Assembly (NCBI GenBank): GCA_032718475.1
Contig: JAUCBJ010006792.1
Span: 26,022-90,021 of the forward strand
From: Nemertoderma westbladi
Lineage: Eukaryota > Animalia > Xenacoelomorpha
Direction: 5' to 3'
Length of the DNA stretch: 64,000 bases
How positions within the stretch are numbered: position 1 is the first letter of the stretch; every line of letters begins with the position of its first letter. Positions 51,001-61,576 of the stretch are shown in pieces. Position numbers and translations under genes: made by a program. The notes beneath the pieces were generated by a model, which did no database searches, was not told where the DNA came from, and was given only the letters and a program-made list of their open reading frames with translations.

Positions 51001-53027
51001 GTGAGAAACCCGTTTCTAGGAGAAGGGTAACACCAGTGTGTTATACAGACGACGGCGAAAGCCAGACTTCTCAAGGAGAGGATAGCGGGAAAGACACTGA
51101 AAGATCTTATGTCAATAAAACGCCTAAAGACCAGGTAAGTAAATTCAAGTCTCGAACCAATGACAGGAGAGAACAGGTAAGAAAAACTCCTCCTACGTCT
51201 CCCAAGAGAATTCAGGTGAGAAAGCCCGAGGAAAGAACGAACGTGCACCACACAGCACATGTTAAAGTAAGTAACATCAAACCCAAATGTGTGCTGTGCG
51301 ACGGGCCCCACCGCTTGAATATGTGCGATGAATTCTTAAAGAAATCATTAAAAGAGAGACGGGAAGTCATGTGGGATAAGCGGTTGTGTTATAATTGCCT
51401 CAGACGAGGACACCAACGGCGAACCTGTTACTCCGACGCAAGGTGTGCAAAGTGCGGTGCGAAACATCATATCTTGTTGCACACTGAATTCGAGCGAAAT
51501 AGTCCGAGTCAGGTGAGTGATTCCGAACTACATGTCCAATTCAGTGATGTGAACGACACTGATCAATCTGAGATGGAAGGATTCTATACGGACGAATTCT
51601 CCGACCAAAACGAATCCTGTTACTTAATAAACACCACCGCAGTGTATCGAGCACTCATGTATGAGAAAGACACAGACAGCGACCTCACCCTAACTACTTC
51701 AGATCAACAACAATCTTGGAAAGCGCCAACTTCAAATGTAGGAATCCGAGAATTTCCTGTAGTCCAGTTACGGGTCCACGGACCTCAGAAGAGCTATATA
51801 GTGAACGCCCTCCTGGACTCCGGCAGCACAGGAACATTCATCGATAAAGAACTAGCCGAAGACATCTTTGCTGGACAACCCAAGTTCCGAACCAAGCTAA
51901 ACATGTCAGGGATCATGCAGGTTTGGAAATCTGCTGTGGCTGCCGACTATTATATAGGTGAGTTGTCCACTCCACAGGATAAACTAGGAGAACACAGTAT
52001 AAGGTCAGTCAAAATGGTGGCAATAAAGAACTTCGCTACCACCCAAGTGGAACCTTATAATTGGGACGAAGATGATCATGCCCAACAACTTAACATTCCT
52101 AGATTCGACACCGATTATCCTGGAGTACAAATATTAATCGGTCAAAACGCGCATGAGGCGCTGGAGACATTGGAGAAACGACCTGCTCAACCGCAACCAC
52201 TTCAGACCTATGCGGTAAGAACTAGAGTAGGTTGGTACCTTACTGGACCTTCCCGAAGAACGCTCAGAGAAAGACTGCTTCAAGATCGCGTCTGCCAGGT
52301 GAGTGAATGGGAAGATGATACTAGTGAGGGAGACGACCCAACTGAGGGAACACCATACTCCTCAGATAATGACGATATTAGCTCCAATGTAGATCAATGG
52401 AGATATTGCCCCAAGAAGTTTAATCCAACTGACATCGCTTCCAGAGGAGCAACTCCTCAAGAACTGACAGATACTACAGACCGGTTAGGTGAACCCGACT
52501 TCCTGAGTAAGGAGGATGAATGGCCTCCCCATCTTACTCCGACTGAGATTAGACCAGCCAAGGGAGCGGAGAAAGTCAAACCTAAAACCCGGACGGGTGG
52601 ATCGGAGTTATTTGAACCCGGGATAGATCTGTCGGTATTACATATTGCCAGGGACGACGCCGTGGATCTGGACCTCCCCACCGCGAGTGGATCCTTCATG
52701 AAGATCAGAGGGAGCGATTGGAGCTCTGGAACATCAGACGTCTCGCAGGGACTCTCACCTCTCCTGCAGGGAGCGACGGACCACTATAGCTCCTGGAATC
52801 GGCTTTGTAAGGCCGTCATATACTTTGAGCGATGTTTCTATCGTCACTATTCCAGGACGAAGAGGAAACCTGGAATTGTATTCGGGATGCAGCGACTCAA
52901 TCACCCAGTCGGTCGTTTGTGTTTACCGGAAGGGAATGGAGGACTCTCCGGAAACTGTGGAAGGCAAGATTCTCTTCCCACGACCACCTCCCTAATCCTT
53001 CAAACATCTAGGGACTCCATAACGTAA
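48060..53027 (+). CDS. gag: Intact 1655-aa Gag-protease polyprotein of element 2 (no RT, RNase H or integrase core)
   Basis: Open ORF with Ala-rich helical region, KFNGDEMKWLPF Gag motif, three zinc knuckles, LLDSGS protease, relic VDQWRYCPKKFNPTDIASRG, YSSWNRL and terminal HPVGRLCLPE. Confidence 0.9.
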   Translation: MSDTKQNLSDSLLDVTICDSDRGVEPSSPKFSSPPTVRKVIPPVVITEPRLVQHRRSIIGTRAQVKRDQEAAEQQQPASQELISQRPDSSSSEDTVELTPERGARMTDAAYSDPLLILPAAVLTRLLIAVEEHQIDWARSKQATKDSYEGYTREDLKSMVESQWNFPGPGLPFDLSEAAWEDIHRMGVAKETIDPAVWKRSAAGYAQGFFSSMERVEKQLFQQPKGPQEQGQLLYQVRERILRIRLILSAFEEASKRRQDTSLQVAVKTWFQRVSRQVQGTAQWKDQLEERSTHGESTDATFSQVESEATAEKPHKRDAIDIYLSDYQRFLGDEELRRRLDGLSPNSEGAQRVLDAIDVDRLAANQAKFDEQLRIARDQEEKVRKKRIEDRKIAAVAEAERKATLAGAAAEAKAAAAEAAAEAKAAAAAAAEAKAAAVAEAERRAAEEIAQLELENLQEKQDDFSKQLTASNMQMMNRSTPKRQGYTSSEEGDTTDTEGGGNRSRLSRRKRTFHRQKLPDLPPAVRRQLNNTNLASTEPTDQIITIERLPTIVDEPEIVRPVPEVTLSVVETPVLPEPTSQFPLHSTKLPVPSRTAHETVHALDSERNIHDLSPVVPRPPATTLADPVSAVDWVDERRRGMDILLGKMEENQMRSSQQVRELEGTVQQLKGTVKESRLELQEVQQNIALERDKLVNLQKGIPPPLVTMCQPVRSEVSHAQGVEPTRIYTASEVETPIVNPIKGNYRPVDNDIPYRPDHNPRNLYTDNSILNNTMAQESFTRQMARTEARQAVKVGEIVKFNGDEMKWLPFNEYYKDNIQNSVLSNGEKLRFLIECLEGSPKLMALKFIGHPDGLRQVWDTLNIRYGNRNNIAGYLYAKLVAPRKFISSGIIEFSDEIQEICRQLDWLGKSHEYQNAMVIRAVASTLPKGGVGTRWDKKVLYMMEQQRRDPTMADLMSFLDGEVKLQLLRQSREKTLENKVSEKPVSRRRVTPVCYTDDGESQTSQGEDSGKDTERSYVNKTPKDQVSKFKSRTNDRREQVRKTPPTSPKRIQVRKPEERTNVHHTAHVKVSNIKPKCVLCDGPHRLNMCDEFLKKSLKERREVMWDKRLCYNCLRRGHQRRTCYSDARCAKCGAKHHILLHTEFERNSPSQVSDSELHVQFSDVNDTDQSEMEGFYTDEFSDQNESCYLINTTAVYRALMYEKDTDSDLTLTTSDQQQSWKAPTSNVGIREFPVVQLRVHGPQKSYIVNALLDSGSTGTFIDKELAEDIFAGQPKFRTKLNMSGIMQVWKSAVAADYYIGELSTPQDKLGEHSIRSVKMVAIKNFATTQVEPYNWDEDDHAQQLNIPRFDTDYPGVQILIGQNAHEALETLEKRPAQPQPLQTYAVRTRVGWYLTGPSRRTLRERLLQDRVCQVSEWEDDTSEGDDPTEGTPYSSDNDDISSNVDQWRYCPKKFNPTDIASRGATPQELTDTTDRLGEPDFLSKEDEWPPHLTPTEIRPAKGAEKVKPKTRTGGSELFEPGIDLSVLHIARDDAVDLDLPTASGSFMKIRGSDWSSGTSDVSQGLSPLLQGATDHYSSWNRLCKAVIYFERCFYRHYSRTKRKPGIVFGMQRLNHPVGRLCLPEGNGGLSGNCGRQDSLPTTTSLILQTSRDSIT

Positions 53028-54689
53028 CAACATATGGAGTGGGTGTGTGACTCTATTATTTTATATTATTTTATTATTTTATATTTATGTATGTATTACT
53101 ATGTAATTTTATTATAATCGTTTTATTTAATTTTATTTAGTAGAATATTATTTAGCGATTATTTAGTAGAATAGTGCAATATATTCGTGTTTATTGCGTA
53201 CGTAATTACTTATAATATATATTTAGTGCGACGGCGAAGAAATAATTATTTTTTCTCTTTCCTTACTGTCCGTATTATATTATAAATACGTAACTACAGT
53301 AAGATGAAATGTCCGTACTTATTAAAGTACAATAAAGCCACTACTATATTTAAGTATTATTGGTAGGCAGAGTATTAGGAATGCAAAGTTCAGATCCTCG
53401 TGTCTCGGCTAAACCAAGCTCTGGGTAGACCTTGGAAACGACTTGCCTCTTCACACTGACATTGCTTCGTGCGATATTGCTCTCATACCGTATATTAAAT
53501 AATACATATAGTAGCGTGATGTCCCTTTAACAGTAGCGTATAACGCAAAATAAATCTGTTAAACCTTTTGACCATCTGTAATTCTAGTCGATTAAGATAT
53601 CGCGGCACCCACCGATATACTTGAAAGACAAAATTCTAGAATCAGTGGTTAACGTCCCCAGACAAGTTCTGGAATAAATCGGTGCCCATCTCAAATATTA
53701 ATTATTTAATATTTGCAAATCTAATAAATCAAAATCTGTAAAATTCAGATCCTTCAACAATTCTAGTCAATTAAGATATCGTAGCATTTACCGATATTCT
53801 TAAAAAGACAATTGTCATAGAATTAAGGATCTTGTGTCCCCAGACATGTTCTAGAATCAAAATATGTCAATTTAATTATCAAATAATAAAATTTCAGGGA
53901 ATAAATTTAAATTCATGCCTTTTAATGAATTTAATAAATTGCCATTTTTACGCAATTTATAACATTCCCAAAATTCCATTAATTAATAGATCAAGGGAGC
54001 GGAGATTTATCTTATTATGCGTATGAGTGTGCGAAAGTCTCCCAAACATAGTCAATAGCCGATAAAATTCATAAAGTCATGTATAAAACAGGACATTGAC
54101 CATTAAAGAATTACTATTAAATAACATCCCAGATCTGTATGCATTGGAATTACCCTAATTCTACCGCTAGCTTTGCATAATGTCACCATAGCAACAACCA
54201 CGCTAGAATTAGAATTGAGTTAAAAGAACAATAGAAAGCTTGTCCCATTGAATAGCATAGGGAATAAATAGCGCACTGCTAGTATCCAAGGATACATAAT
54301 AATACAGTGACATTCTGGAAGGCATTGACTAACGGACAAATGGCCCGAGTGTGTGTAATTTGTGACAAGTTGTGTGTGTGGTATTTGTGAGTTTATAGGC
54401 GAATGTTACTACTAAGGTGTGTTTACAGTAGCGAGTCGCAATTGTGAAAGTAACCCTAACTCTCCAGTAAGAACCTGAGGTGTATCTAAGCCTTTGGGAC
54501 GGACAGTCGAGTGACTTGTGCCGGTTGTCGTTGTCGTTGTGCGGCTACGTCGTTGGCGAAAGTACAGCGGCGACGACACATCGGCGCTGAGGATCTCGCA
54601 CTGTCCGGGGGCTGATTGGGGTAGGCAGCGACGCTCGCTAGCCTAAATATAAACTCATTATAATATTAATAAACTCATATATAGCAGAT

Positions 54690-55050
54690 ATGACGGAGTT
54701 GATAGAAGATGGTCTTGGTATCAGGGAGCGATATACTCTACTTTCAAGCGTTTGTTGATAGCTTGATACGCGGTGATACTAGTCCAACTACTACGGAGGA
54801 TGATGGTCGTTATATCGAACCTACGATTTCCTGGAAGTAACTTACGCGTGAATTGGACTATGGAAAATTCACCGCTCGCTACACGCATTGTAATGGTACG
54901 TATATGGACTTCTTAACCATTGGCCATTCTATCGATTTACACGATACGGACTATGTCGAACATATCCTACCCAGAGGAGTCGAAACGATAAACCAAAATT
55001 CTAATGCGAAAATCCTATTCGAAATCGACTCGAAAGAAAAGACATTAAAG
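54690..55050 (+). pseudogene. Degenerate copy of the accessory ORF in element 2
   Basis: Starts ATGACGGAGTTGATAGAAGATG like 43081. DYGKFTARYTH..YMDFLT and TQRSRNDKP..ENPIRNRL match element 1 across frameshifts and stops. Confidence 0.75.
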
Positions 55051-57334
55051 AAACGAATAAACGCGGTAACTCCAACATATATTTGGAATTCTTGATAGAA
55101 GCATTGTAACAACAAATAAATATCATCCGCGTTTCCCCTACCAGACGTGCGTCTTTGGTATTATTACGATAAATGCCCTAGACCCAGCAAATAAACGGAA
55201 AGACATAAACATCCACGGAAACGTTGTTGCTGCGCGATTAATGTAGTCGCAGTGCTACTAACAATAATCCTATCGGCTGACCTGGACAATAAACTATTAC
55301 CGCCAGGGTTTATGCAGTGGCTCTAATATACAGTCAGTATGGCAACAAATCGATGGGGAGTTTGAGAAATTGAAAAAGGTGCTTGTACTAATATCTAGAC
55401 TTCGGTTTCGTACTGGCGAATAACGCATTCCTATTCTCAAAATTGCTAACAATCAATCTCTCCCTCAGAGAGAATTCCTGCAATAACCTGCTCCCTCTAG
55501 TACAGAGAAGAGAAAGAGTCTACAAGGGTCCCGGCAGCCTACGTAATGTAGACGGCTTTAGAAGGAAGGAGATAGTCGAAAGATGACAGTTTTTATTTGG
55601 AAGGAAATTTATTCAGAGTTCCTCAGGTCGTTATTATTTATATAATTTATAATATTATATTCAAATTTAGACCGTAAACAATATATATACTAATTACTAA
55701 TATTCAATATGTAGGATTGCCCTATTCTAGCCGTAAGAATACAAAAGTCTCTCCCGCTGTATTTCAGAATAATGAGCCCAGCTGTCGAGATGACTATTGT
55801 ATTTAAAAAACTACTAATTAATCTATATAGTTGGCGATAATTGTTAGGTCAATAATACAGTATAGCCACGGCATTTATTGGCTTTCCATTATGCGGACAG
55901 ATATGCCACCTAACATACTTCTAGATTGAGATTACAATACAATGCACAACTTAATTAACTCACACCACCAATAATCAACTTACAATAATTCAATAAACCT
56001 ATTAGTATAGTTACAATCTCTCGATAAATCGAATCACATATTAAATAAGCTAATAAACTCAACTGAACAGAAATATAATTCTTCGTTTACAAATAAATTT
56101 GAATATAGCACAATAAAGAAAAGGTCGGGATGATTATTGCCACGCGCAGCGGCGCCAACAAACTCCCGTCTAGTTTAAATAATTAACAATAATAATTCTT
56201 TAAACTTAAACATAGAGAATCAAATCAAGGCGCAGTAAGTAAGTCTCAATAAAAAATATATACCGGTAATTGATAACAAATAAAACTCCATTTTCGGATG
56301 AAAGTCTCATTGATGACGATATCATCCCACCTCAGGATCGATTACGCTCAAGGAGATACATTTCTCAACTCTTCAACGACCGTATTAGATCAACGCCAAT
56401 TACATAATTACGAACGATTACATATTTGAATGCGTCGACCAGCAATTAATTTTCAATCGACTTTTGTTTCCATTTACTATCTGGGCGTAGGTTATTCGCT
56501 CCGGCTCCATGTTATCGACGCAGTTCTTTACCGCCCGAGAGGTAAGGCGAGGCATATCGCATTGAGTTTAATAACATGAATCACAGGATTCAGATTAGTT
56601 GTAGGGTTAGTCGTTAAAACGGAAAGCGATGTACCGATACGGTACCGTGTATCGGTTTGCAATTGCAATGGTGCTATAGGCCAGCCAGCCGATAGCAGGA
56701 AGAGCGTCTTTCGGTTATCACTTGTGATGAAACCCTTGTGATTTCGAGTTCCAAACATAGAGGATTGATGAAGCCCCAATAGCCTTCTCCTTCTATTGCC
56801 TACTACCGTTAACCAAGTAGTACCCTACTCACTCAAGTACTTTTTACGGTAGTCAGATTATCGCAAAGATTAGAATATAATATCCAAATTGTTAATATTT
56901 ATTAGTACAATTTGGGTTTTCATTTTCTTTTTCTTTCTGAGGGGAAGAACTTATAATAATTTTCAATACTAAATTATGCGTTATCTCTCTTCCAACCGAT
57001 TTGTTGCAAATAATGTCGTTTTTATACAGCGCATAAAATTTTTATAAATATAAATATGAAAGGATTTATATTAGTAGCACTATGAAAGTGTTGATTTTGA
57101 TTATTTTAATTGCTTTCAATAATTTCAATTATTTATACCATATGTACTCTTATGTATATATACAGTATACAGTACTATCTAATGTATTTTATACGAACTG
57201 CTAAATCATCCGGTCACTATGTAATACTTATTACAATTGATAAATGTATTTTACTGTTCTATATAATACGATATTGATGTATTTATGTCGTCTTTCGTCT
57301 CTATAGTCATAGTTGCAGCAAAAACGTGCTATAT

Positions 57335-60300
57335 CTATAATTTAAAGTTATGAACGAAGTTAACATCACCCGGGATTTGACCGTAATCGTGGGAAGATTC
57401 CCGATCCATTTCTAAAAGACACAGTCGTTGTATGGGTCGCAAGAGAATCTGCCCGCTACTAGTTTTTATCTGCACAGTTCTAACTAATCCGTCTTTACCT
57501 GGAAATGTTTTTAGTACAAGGGCAGTCAACCAAGTTTTACGAGAACTAGCTTCATCTACTAATAAAACTAAGTCTCCCGTCTGTAGGTTACGGTGCTGTG
57601 AAAACCATTTTGTACGGAGTGCAATGGAAGGAAGATATTGCTTAACCCAGTAATCTCGGAAGACAGATGTTAAGTACTGCATGAGTTTCCAGGTTTTGTT
57701 AGTTATGTAGTCTCGTGGGTCTACATCCGATATTGGCAATATAACAGCTGGTCGCTGAAATAGAAAGTGTGCAGGAGTTAAAGTGTCGGTAGACTTAGGG
57801 TCTGCTGAGAGTCTTGTTAGGGGGCGGCTGTTTATTACGCATTCCACTTCCGCCAAGAATGTCCTTAACGTGTCATCAGTTAAGTAAACGTTGGAGGGAA
57901 TAGCGTGAAAAAGTGCAGACTTAACGTTCCTTATTAATCTTTCCCATGAACCGCCATACCATGGGCTTAGAGGTGTGTTGAACTTCCAAACGAGGGAAAC
58001 TGGAGTCAACAACTTTTCTACATCATGTGTATTCCAGTCCTCAATTGTTTTTGATATCTCTTTACTTGCGGCAACAAAATTCGTGCCGTTGTCACTGCGT
58101 ATTACCTTAATAGAACCACGTCTGGCTATAAAGCGTCTAAGGGCTAGCAGAAATGCATTCATAGATAAGTCAGTGACCAAGTCTAAATGTACTGCTCTAA
58201 TTGTAAGGCATGTAAATATGATTGTCCATCTCTTAATTGTGCTGCGGGCACGCTTAACTACTATAGGCCCAAATAAATCAACCCCCGTGTATGAAAAAGG
58301 GGGTTCGAAATGGTCCAATCTCTCTAGTGGGAGCTGTCCTTCAAGTTGCTTCAAAGGTTGTGCTAACCGCTTGCGACATGGTATACATTCCCTAACTACG
58401 TCGGTTAAGGCTCTACGTGGATGAACCAGATAATATTTCTGTTTAAGGGCAGATAACATGTGCTCTCGACCAGCATGCATAAGATCAATATGGGTGTCTA
58501 GAATTAACTGTTTCTGGGTGTTATAATCTGTAATTATTATAGGGTGTTTCTGGTCTATGCTAACAGGTGCATGTTCTATCTTTCCTCCCACTCGCAAGAG
58601 TCCGTTTTTCATGAAAGTAGAAAACTTATCGCTGTCACACTTAGCAGGATTTGTCACAAATGAATTATATCTGTCTGGATTTTCTAGAACTTGAGTAAGT
58701 CTGAGTAACTGAGTTTCAGTTTGTGAATACATCCCGTGGGTGCAATTCCTTCCTATCAATATATAATAATATGTTTTCAGCATATTAATAGCAGATACAT
58801 ATCGTTTCCAAGACGAGTAGTACTGTCTGGCTCTGTATATGATAGGAGATACCCCATTATTTATATTAGGTGTTAATGTGCTAGTGTCAGTTGTTAAAAA
58901 TGGGGGTTCGGTTTGAATCTGACTAGCTGTGACATCATGTTTGATGTTACTTAGTAGTTTAGACTTAGTCGCTTTAGTCACAGTGACCTCTAAGTCCGTT
59001 TTGTTTACCTTTGGGACTTTCTGTAAATTCCAACAGCTACTGTGTGTTTTTAAGAAGTCAGGGCCGTTGTGCCAACATGGTGTATTAAGTAATTCTGATG
59101 GACTAGCACCTCTTGAGGCGATGTCGGCCGGGTTTACATCTCCAGGACAGTAATGCCATTGGTCTACTTTGGAATAACTAAGTATCTTGGACTTTCGATT
59201 AGCTACAAATACTTTAAAGGCTGTATGTGAATTAGTGAGGTATTCTAGCACTAATGCTGCATCGGTCCAATAGTATTCCTTAATTGCCAGTGATAATTGT
59301 GTTTTTACTAATCTCGCTGTATCTACTGCCATTACAGCAGCCTGCAATTCCGCTCTCGGTACAGTTAAATATGAAGAAAGTGGAAGAGTCTTGCATTTAC
59401 TAAATATGTAAGATACTTCGTACAGCGCCTCGGAGTTAGTTAAGGGTCTTCTTAAGTATGATACAGTTCCCATACCTAAATTACTAGCGTCACAGAATGT
59501 ATGTAGTTCTAGCTGTTCATCTAGATGTAATGAGGGAAAATATGTACGTGGTATTTGAATTCTCTCTATGTCTGGTAATTGTTCTTCCCATAGTACCCAC
59601 TTGTCCCTAATATGATCTGGAATCTCGTCATCCCAATCCACATCGGCAGTCCACATGTCTTTCATCAATACCCTTGCTTGGAATATAACTGGGCTAATGA
59701 AATTTAATGGGTCATAGACCGAGCTTAAAATGCTTAGGCATATCCGTTTTGTCCGCCTATCATCATTCTTGGGAGTAACTTTAAAAAACAAATAGTCATG
59801 TTGGGGATTCCAGCGTAGTCCCAGTGTTTTAGTAATGGGCAGTGGGTCAGTATCTAAGTCGATGGTGCTGTTGTCTCTAGTATCCATATCAAAGGATTGT
59901 AGCACTTTCTTAGAGTTACTTTTAAACTTGCGCAGTTTAAAACCTCCCTTTGCAAGGCAGTCTGAGACATCATGTGCAAGCTTTATTGCAATAGCTTCGT
60001 TCATTACAGAAAATAAACAGTCATCCATATATATATCGTTCTTTATGGTCTTAGTGACAATTGCATCATATAGGTGATCATGGTCAGTTGCAGTCTGTCT
60101 CAAAACTGAACAAGCATTTGATGGACTGCAGATAATACCAAACGCTTGTATGTTCATCCAGTATATCTGTGCTGGGAGATTATATTCGCCATTGGGCCAC
60201 CACAGAAACCGCAGACTTTGTCTGTCACTGAGCAGCGTTTTAACCTGTAAAAACATCCCTTCAATGTCAGACACAACAGCTACATCAAACTGTCGGAATC

Positions 60301-61576
60301 TCAATAGTATTCCCACCAACGATTGTAACAGGTTTGGTCCGGGTAAAAGGTAGCTGTTTAAGGAGTGTCCCATCCACATTGCGGCACAGTCAAACACAAC
60401 ACGGATTTCTTCGGGTTTGTTGGGCTTTGGTACACCATGATGGGGCATATAATATTCTAAATCCCCAGCTATATTCAGTTTGTCTTCAGGAACTAATTCC
60501 GCGAAACCACAGTCTAAATATTTATTCATCTGAGTCTCGTATTGTTCACGTAATGTAGAGTTATTTAGTAGTTTCCTAGACAGCAGTGCTGCCCGTTTAT
60601 CTGCTAGTGGTCTATTGTTGATCAATGAAGGATTGTCATCCCGCCAAAGTAATCCAATCCTGTAGTGTCCATCAGTGAGATGTTGTACAGTCGATGTCTG
60701 TATGTCTATCGCCCGTTGTTCCTCTGCAGATAGAGATAAGTCATTGGCATTAGTTTCAGCATGGTCAATATCTAACCACCGTAATGTTGCAAGGGTTAGC
60801 TTGAGATCCTGATCTAACTTTTGGTAAAGTAGATCTCTAACTTCCGTGGAATTGCGCGGATCACATTTCAAATTGTCTATTAGCTTATGGATATTCTCAG
60901 TATGTCTATCTAGAGTAGTACACATTCTAATGGTCTCATAATCATTCTGGTCAGTACATTTCAGTGTTGTTCTGAGAGTCATATGATCTTGATCATAGTC
61001 ACAATCTTCAATCTGAATTTGTCTCTCTTTTAAAGTCTGTTGTGAAGGGCGAGTACAGTACCAACCGAGCTTGGTGTGCACTGCATACGGATGGAGTGGT
61101 AAAGGAAATTCTGGTACTCGTTCTAGAACATGAAATGCCTCGGGAACATTTTGTCCAATAAGTACAGAAATACCCGGTATTTGTGTAGTGTATTGCGGTA
61201 TCGACTGTTTTGTAAGAAATGGATCAGTAATCCAATTGTACGGTAATGGCTGTCCACCTGTAAAGTCAGTTATACTAATGAACTTCACATGTTTAGCACA
61301 GTAGGATGAACTCAATGACTGTATAGAACCATAAGACTTGGTTGTGTGTATCCGGGACGTCCAGGATTTCATTACACCTGACATGTTTAAGTCTGTTGGT
61401 TTTTTCTCAATAAAAAGTCTATCTGCTAGGTCCTTGTCCACAAATGTTGCAGAACTACCTGAGTCAATTAGTGCATTCACATTCAATTCACCCTTGTCAC
61501 CTACAAGCTTTACTTGTATAACTTGGAATTCCGAGTTTGGGGTTCTCTCGGAATTCGTGCGTCTGGTGCTGACTAG
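57335..61576 (-). CDS. pol: Pol of an autonomous BEL/Pao retrotransposon (element 3): protease, RT, RNase H, integrase; in frame with gag
   Basis: LIDSGS; YYMPHHGV..IRVVFDCAA..SLNSYLLPGPNL; SDIEGMFLQV; IYMDD; LHTFCDAS; TVPRAELQAA; YWTDA; NPADIASRG; H..HAG..C..C; GVDLFGP, SDNGTNF, GGSWERL; GKDGLVR..RPIQRLCLLE. Domain order PR-RT-RH-IN. The frame is open from 61576. Confidence 0.96.
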   Translation of the reverse strand, partial: LVSTRRTNSERTPNSEFQVIQVKLVGDKGELNVNALIDSGSSATFVDKDLADRLFIEKKPTDLNMSGVMKSWTSRIHTTKSYGSIQSLSSSYCAKHVKFISITDFTGGQPLPYNWITDPFLTKQSIPQYTTQIPGISVLIGQNVPEAFHVLERVPEFPLPLHPYAVHTKLGWYCTRPSQQTLKERQIQIEDCDYDQDHMTLRTTLKCTDQNDYETIRMCTTLDRHTENIHKLIDNLKCDPRNSTEVRDLLYQKLDQDLKLTLATLRWLDIDHAETNANDLSLSAEEQRAIDIQTSTVQHLTDGHYRIGLLWRDDNPSLINNRPLADKRAALLSRKLLNNSTLREQYETQMNKYLDCGFAELVPEDKLNIAGDLEYYMPHHGVPKPNKPEEIRVVFDCAAMWMGHSLNSYLLPGPNLLQSLVGILLRFRQFDVAVVSDIEGMFLQVKTLLSDRQSLRFLWWPNGEYNLPAQIYWMNIQAFGIICSPSNACSVLRQTATDHDHLYDAIVTKTIKNDIYMDDCLFSVMNEAIAIKLAHDVSDCLAKGGFKLRKFKSNSKKVLQSFDMDTRDNSTIDLDTDPLPITKTLGLRWNPQHDYLFFKVTPKNDDRRTKRICLSILSSVYDPLNFISPVIFQARVLMKDMWTADVDWDDEIPDHIRDKWVLWEEQLPDIERIQIPRTYFPSLHLDEQLELHTFCDASNLGMGTVSYLRRPLTNSEALYEVSYIFSKCKTLPLSSYLTVPRAELQAAVMAVDTARLVKTQLSLAIKEYYWTDAALVLEYLTNSHTAFKVFVANRKSKILSYSKVDQWHYCPGDVNPADIASRGASPSELLNTPCWHNGPDFLKTHSSCWNLQKVPKVNKTDLEVTVTKATKSKLLSNIKHDVTASQIQTEPPFLTTDTSTLTPNINNGVSPIIYRARQYYSSWKRYVSAINMLKTYYYILIGRNCTHGMYSQTETQLLRLTQVLENPDRYNSFVTNPAKCDSDKFSTFMKNGLLRVGGKIEHAPVSIDQKHPIIITDYNTQKQLILDTHIDLMHAGREHMLSALKQKYYLVHPRRALTDVVRECIPCRKRLAQPLKQLEGQLPLERLDHFEPPFSYTGVDLFGPIVVKRARSTIKRWTIIFTCLTIRAVHLDLVTDLSMNAFLLALRRFIARRGSIKVIRSDNGTNFVAASKEISKTIEDWNTHDVEKLLTPVSLVWKFNTPLSPWYGGSWERLIRNVKSALFHAIPSNVYLTDDTLRTFLAEVECVINSRPLTRLSADPKSTDTLTPAHFLFQRPAVILPISDVDPRDYITNKTWKLMQYLTSVFRDYWVKQYLPSIALRTKWFSQHRNLQTGDLVLLVDEASSRKTWLTALVLKTFPGKDGLVRTVQIKTSSGQILLRPIQRLCLLEMDRESSHDYGQIPGDVNFVHNFKL

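Larger units (their letters stand above)
44703..55050 (+). mobile_element. Non-autonomous BEL/Pao LTR retrotransposon (element 2, sister subfamily); right boundary uncertain, 3' LTR not in window
   Basis: Starts TGTAAAAGCTTTTGCG at 44703. Collinear with element 1 through LTR, leader, Gag-PR, 3' region and the start of the accessory ORF. Confidence 0.88.
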
